From a virus (Duplodnaviria; Caudoviricetes): a stretch of 64,000 nt of DNA. Positions 61,376 to 64,000 of this stretch are shown here, piece by piece. The first letter of the stretch is position 1; each line of letters opens with the position of its first letter. Under the pieces are notes generated by a model. It was given only the letters and a program-made list of their open reading frames with translations. It did no database searches and was not told where the DNA came from. The DNA is taken from IMG/VR virus record IMGVR_UViG_3300028833_000074, positions 32,001-96,000 of that record; one strand, given 5' to 3'. The position numbers and the translations under genes are program-made.

Positions 61376-61742
61376 TATATACCTTCAAAATATAACTATA
61401 TTGACTTGGTTCTTCGATACTATTATCTTGTAGGATAAAATTATATGTTTCATTAGTTTTAATTTGGTCATATAATATTTTGGCATCACCGCTACCATCA
61501 TCTAAAATACAAAAAGTATCGCCATCTTCTGTCGCAATAAGATAATAATTCGATTCATGACTATGACTATAAATCTTATTAATGACAAGGTCTTGTTCTT
61601 CTCGAATATGTTTATTGGTAAAGGCTTCATCTGTTAACATTATACCAAAATATAAACCTACAAAAATAATGCTAAATATCACACAAAAGCCAATGCAATA
61701 TTTATATTTTGTCAGAAATTGCATTATTTTTTCGTGCTGCAT
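61362..61742 (-). CDS. Membrane-anchored hypothetical protein
   Basis: N-terminal TM helix (CIGFCVIFSIIFVGLYFGIML) then a small beta domain; start uncertain. Confidence 0.55.
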   Translation of the reverse strand: MQHEKIMQFLTKYKYCIGFCVIFSIIFVGLYFGIMLTDEAFTNKHIREEQDLVINKIYSHSHESNYYLIATEDGDTFCILDDGSGDAKILYDQIKTNETYNFILQDNSIEEPSQYSYILKVYNVTN

Positions 61743-62385
61743 TTTTCTCACGCTCCAATCTTGCTTGTTCACAAGTAGAACATTCACTTTTTTTATCAAA
61801 ATCAAAATTAATAACAAATTTTAATTCTTGTTTTAAATCCGCATCAAGTTGTTGTACACGTTTATTAAACTCTTCTAATACCATGTTCTCTAAATGTGTC
61901 TCTTCGGCGTCCTTAAAAAAGGTTAAATGATATACAACTTCTTCATCACCATTAATATAATAATTATACCTAATATCTTTTAATATTGTAGTAAAATTAT
62001 TTTGAATATCATATAAAATATCCATAATAGGTTGATATTTTTTAGAGAGTTGTAAATAATTAATCTCATTTGATACTAATGATTCAAATAAATCTTGAGT
62101 GTGGAATAGCCATAACACTTCATTGCCATTCCAATATTTAAAACGAAATTTATCATTCCTAATATCAATTGTTAAAGATTGTATATTATCAAATTCATCA
62201 ATATTTTCTGCTCTTATAGAATCATCATACATTAAAACAAGATTAGTTATAAAACCATTTGTATTTAAATAATTTAAAATTTCGGTTATCTTCTTTATTC
62301 TACCTTCACAGCATAAAAAAGCGCAAATACGTAACTCGATAAGAACCATATTAGCATTATACTCTTGAATAAAATACTTATTCAT
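61702..62385 (-). CDS. Hypothetical protein
   Basis: GAGGA RBS before ATG 62385; C-terminal CSTC. Confidence 0.6.
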   Translation of the reverse strand: MNKYFIQEYNANMVLIELRICAFLCCEGRIKKITEILNYLNTNGFITNLVLMYDDSIRAENIDEFDNIQSLTIDIRNDKFRFKYWNGNEVLWLFHTQDLFESLVSNEINYLQLSKKYQPIMDILYDIQNNFTTILKDIRYNYYINGDEEVVYHLTFFKDAEETHLENMVLEEFNKRVQQLDADLKQELKFVINFDFDKKSECSTCEQARLEREKNAARKNNAISDKI

Positions 62386-62515
62386 TTTCTTCCTCTGATA
62401 ATATGTCACGAGCCATTAATGCACCCGGATATAAAATGCTTATCATATAGTTATTAAAAGATTGTACATACTCTTGTTGCATATTTGGATTTAATATTTT
62501 AGAATGGTTTATCAT
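62378..62515 (-). CDS. Small protein (45 aa) missing from the ORF track
   Basis: GGAG RBS; MINHSKILNPNMQQEY...EEENE overlaps the next start. Confidence 0.5.
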   Translation of the reverse strand: MINHSKILNPNMQQEYVQSFNNYMISILYPGALMARDILSEEENE

Positions 62516-62564
62516 TTTACACGCTCCATATTGTATATATGTATATATAATTTCATTATACTAT

Positions 62565-62975
62565 TTATATGTTACCATTCCCATGATATAAATTTGTTTT
62601 TCTAAAATATTTTAAGGGATGAAGCAAATGTAATGGAACATCATAAACTTCATGCAAAAAAATATAATATGTTTTGCGTTTCCATTTAGGATATATTACC
62701 TTCCATTCTTCTACTTGATTGTAATAAAATCGCTTACGTCTTAAACTTTGCTTATGCAATTCTTGGCTTTGCAATGTTAAAAGTCGTTTGATTTCTAAAC
62801 GTAACGAATTCATCTCTCGATATTCTTGTATAGATAAAGGATATTTTAAATTGTAATATCGTGATTTAAAATGTAATATTTTCCGATTAATTTCTTTTTC
62901 TCGTTCATAAAATATTTGATTACGACGTGGTCCTCTTTTTTTACCATGATTACCTTTCTTATATCTTTTACCCAT
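62565..62975 (-). CDS. Highly basic hypothetical protein
   Basis: K/R-rich 136 aa (MGKRYKKGNHGKKRGPRR). Confidence 0.55.
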   Translation of the reverse strand: MGKRYKKGNHGKKRGPRRNQIFYEREKEINRKILHFKSRYYNLKYPLSIQEYREMNSLRLEIKRLLTLQSQELHKQSLRRKRFYYNQVEEWKVIYPKWKRKTYYIFLHEVYDVPLHLLHPLKYFRKTNLYHGNGNI

Positions 62976-63138
62976 TTTTAGACATCTCTTTATCTAATTC
63001 ACGATTGCTTTTTTGCATACAAGATTTAAATCTCTTGCAATCACCGGCTTCGCATTCGATAATAGGGATATCTTTATCTCTTTTTAAGCAAAAACATATA
63101 TTATTCTTTAATTTTTCAAGTGTATTCTTTTTTACCAT
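62968..63138 (-). CDS. Small Cys-rich protein (56 aa) missing from the ORF track
   Basis: GGTGA RBS; MVKKNTL..CFC..C....C.....C; fills the gap with coupled ends. Confidence 0.55.
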   Translation of the reverse strand: MVKKNTLEKLKNNICFCLKRDKDIPIIECEAGDCKRFKSCMQKSNRELDKEMSKNG

Positions 63139-63389
63139 TTTGTCACCCCATATTTTTGAATTTTAATAATTGCATTATACATATAATCAATATTACGTTG
63201 ATTAGTAAAAACTGTAAAAGAATCTTGATTAATCTGAACATCTTCTTTTCTTACGCCACCTTGACCAATATCAATCTCTTCACCATCCATCATATAAACT
63301 GTGATGAGTGGGTATTTAGATAATAAGCCGGAGAAATAAGAAGACATACTACTTTCGTTAATAAGTGATAATAAGTCTTCTTCAGACAT
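63132..63389 (-). CDS. Small beta protein, possible Sm/SH3-like fold
   Basis: ITVYMMDGEEI...YMYNAIIKI resembles the Hfq/Sm strand pattern. Confidence 0.4.
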   Translation of the reverse strand: MSEEDLLSLINESSMSSYFSGLLSKYPLITVYMMDGEEIDIGQGGVRKEDVQINQDSFTVFTNQRNIDYMYNAIIKIQKYGVTKW

Positions 63390-63708
63390 CGCTATCATCC
63401 ACCCATGTATAATAAAATGCCACATGAAATCTGCTGTCTAATCCATATTTATATAATTTATACAATTGCTCATTGGGTACTTTATCATATACATACTTTG
63501 GATGACTATCAAAATGCATGATATTATAATAATCTCTATATTGATACTCGGTCTCTTGAGAAATTTCTTTTAAAATTTCAAATTCATCATCACTTATATG
63601 AATTTCTCTATCGCATAATTCAATATTATGTCTTGACATTTTACTTAAATGATTAATCTGTATTTGATGATTTAAAATTAACTTTAGTATATACATAAAA
63701 TCACCCAA
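63382..63708 (-). CDS. Hypothetical protein
   Basis: Coupled ORF. Confidence 0.5.
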   Translation of the reverse strand: MGDFMYILKLILNHQIQINHLSKMSRHNIELCDREIHISDDEFEILKEISQETEYQYRDYYNIMHFDSHPKYVYDKVPNEQLYKLYKYGLDSRFHVAFYYTWVDDSDV

Positions 63709-63988
63709 ATATCACATCTTTAATAATCTGATTAAACTGTTCCATTGTAATATTATCATTGAAATGCATCTGTGATAAATGATGCACCATTGCAACAGTT
63801 CTATATAAGTCACCATCATTATTGATATGGATATCAATTTCAGATTCCGGTGGTAACATAATAAGACGTGCTAATCGCTCAATATACTCATCTGTATCAT
63901 ATAATGTTCTTGAAATTAATACTGTACAAGTAGATACATCATCATCAATATCACAAGTCAATTTAATAAAATTCTTGACATCCAACAC
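63701..63988 (-). CDS. Hypothetical protein
   Basis: Coupled ORF at the window edge. Confidence 0.5.
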   Translation of the reverse strand: MLDVKNFIKLTCDIDDDVSTCTVLISRTLYDTDEYIERLARLIMLPPESEIDIHINNDGDLYRTVAMVHHLSQMHFNDNITMEQFNQIIKDVIFG

Positions 63989-64000
63989 ACCTAATTCATC

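Larger units (their letters stand above)
1..64000. mobile_element. Segment of a large tailed archaeal virus genome (probable Methanobacteriales host)
   Basis: Tail fibre/baseplate genes, endolysin, virus-style replication module and tRNAs, with no cellular housekeeping operons; archaeal histone, promoters and GGTGA RBSs. Confidence 0.9.

Noticed and set aside
1-64000. Bacterial host (suggested by DnaE) or alternative genetic code
   Set aside because: Histone, pseudomurein-type lysin, BRE/TATA promoters and GGTGA RBSs point to archaea; genes tile densely under the standard code with TAA, TAG and TGA all used as stops

Overview
This AT-rich, gene-dense 64 kb segment comes from a large tailed dsDNA virus that most probably infects a pseudomurein-walled methanogen (Methanobacteriales, Methanobrevibacter-like). 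Host evidence: an HMf-type archaeal histone, a pseudomurein-binding/C39-type endolysin, BRE+TATA promoters, GGTGA ribosome-binding sites, adhesin-like domains, a PriS-PriL primase and an ERCC4 nuclease. Bases 1-43.8 kb (+) are a tail/baseplate/fibre and lysis region with giant Ig-like/beta-helix proteins. Bases 43.8-58.7 kb (-) hold the histone plus a nucleotide-metabolism/replication module: NrdD, dUTPase/Dcd, ERCC4, primase, Cas4-like and GIY-YIG nucleases, a family C (DnaE) polymerase split over three genes, and an AAA ATPase. Bases 58.8-64 kb carry a possible small terminase subunit, a cluster of tRNAs and structured RNAs, and small hypothetical genes. Best candidates for new biology: (1) a nuclease-less IS110/Nop-domain (TasA-like) protein embedded in the replication operon; (2) a tRNA-punctuated cluster of unrecognised structured RNAs; (3) a three-piece bacterial-type DnaE carrying PCNA-box-like peptides in an archaeal virus. 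All calls come from reading motifs by eye; no database searches were run.
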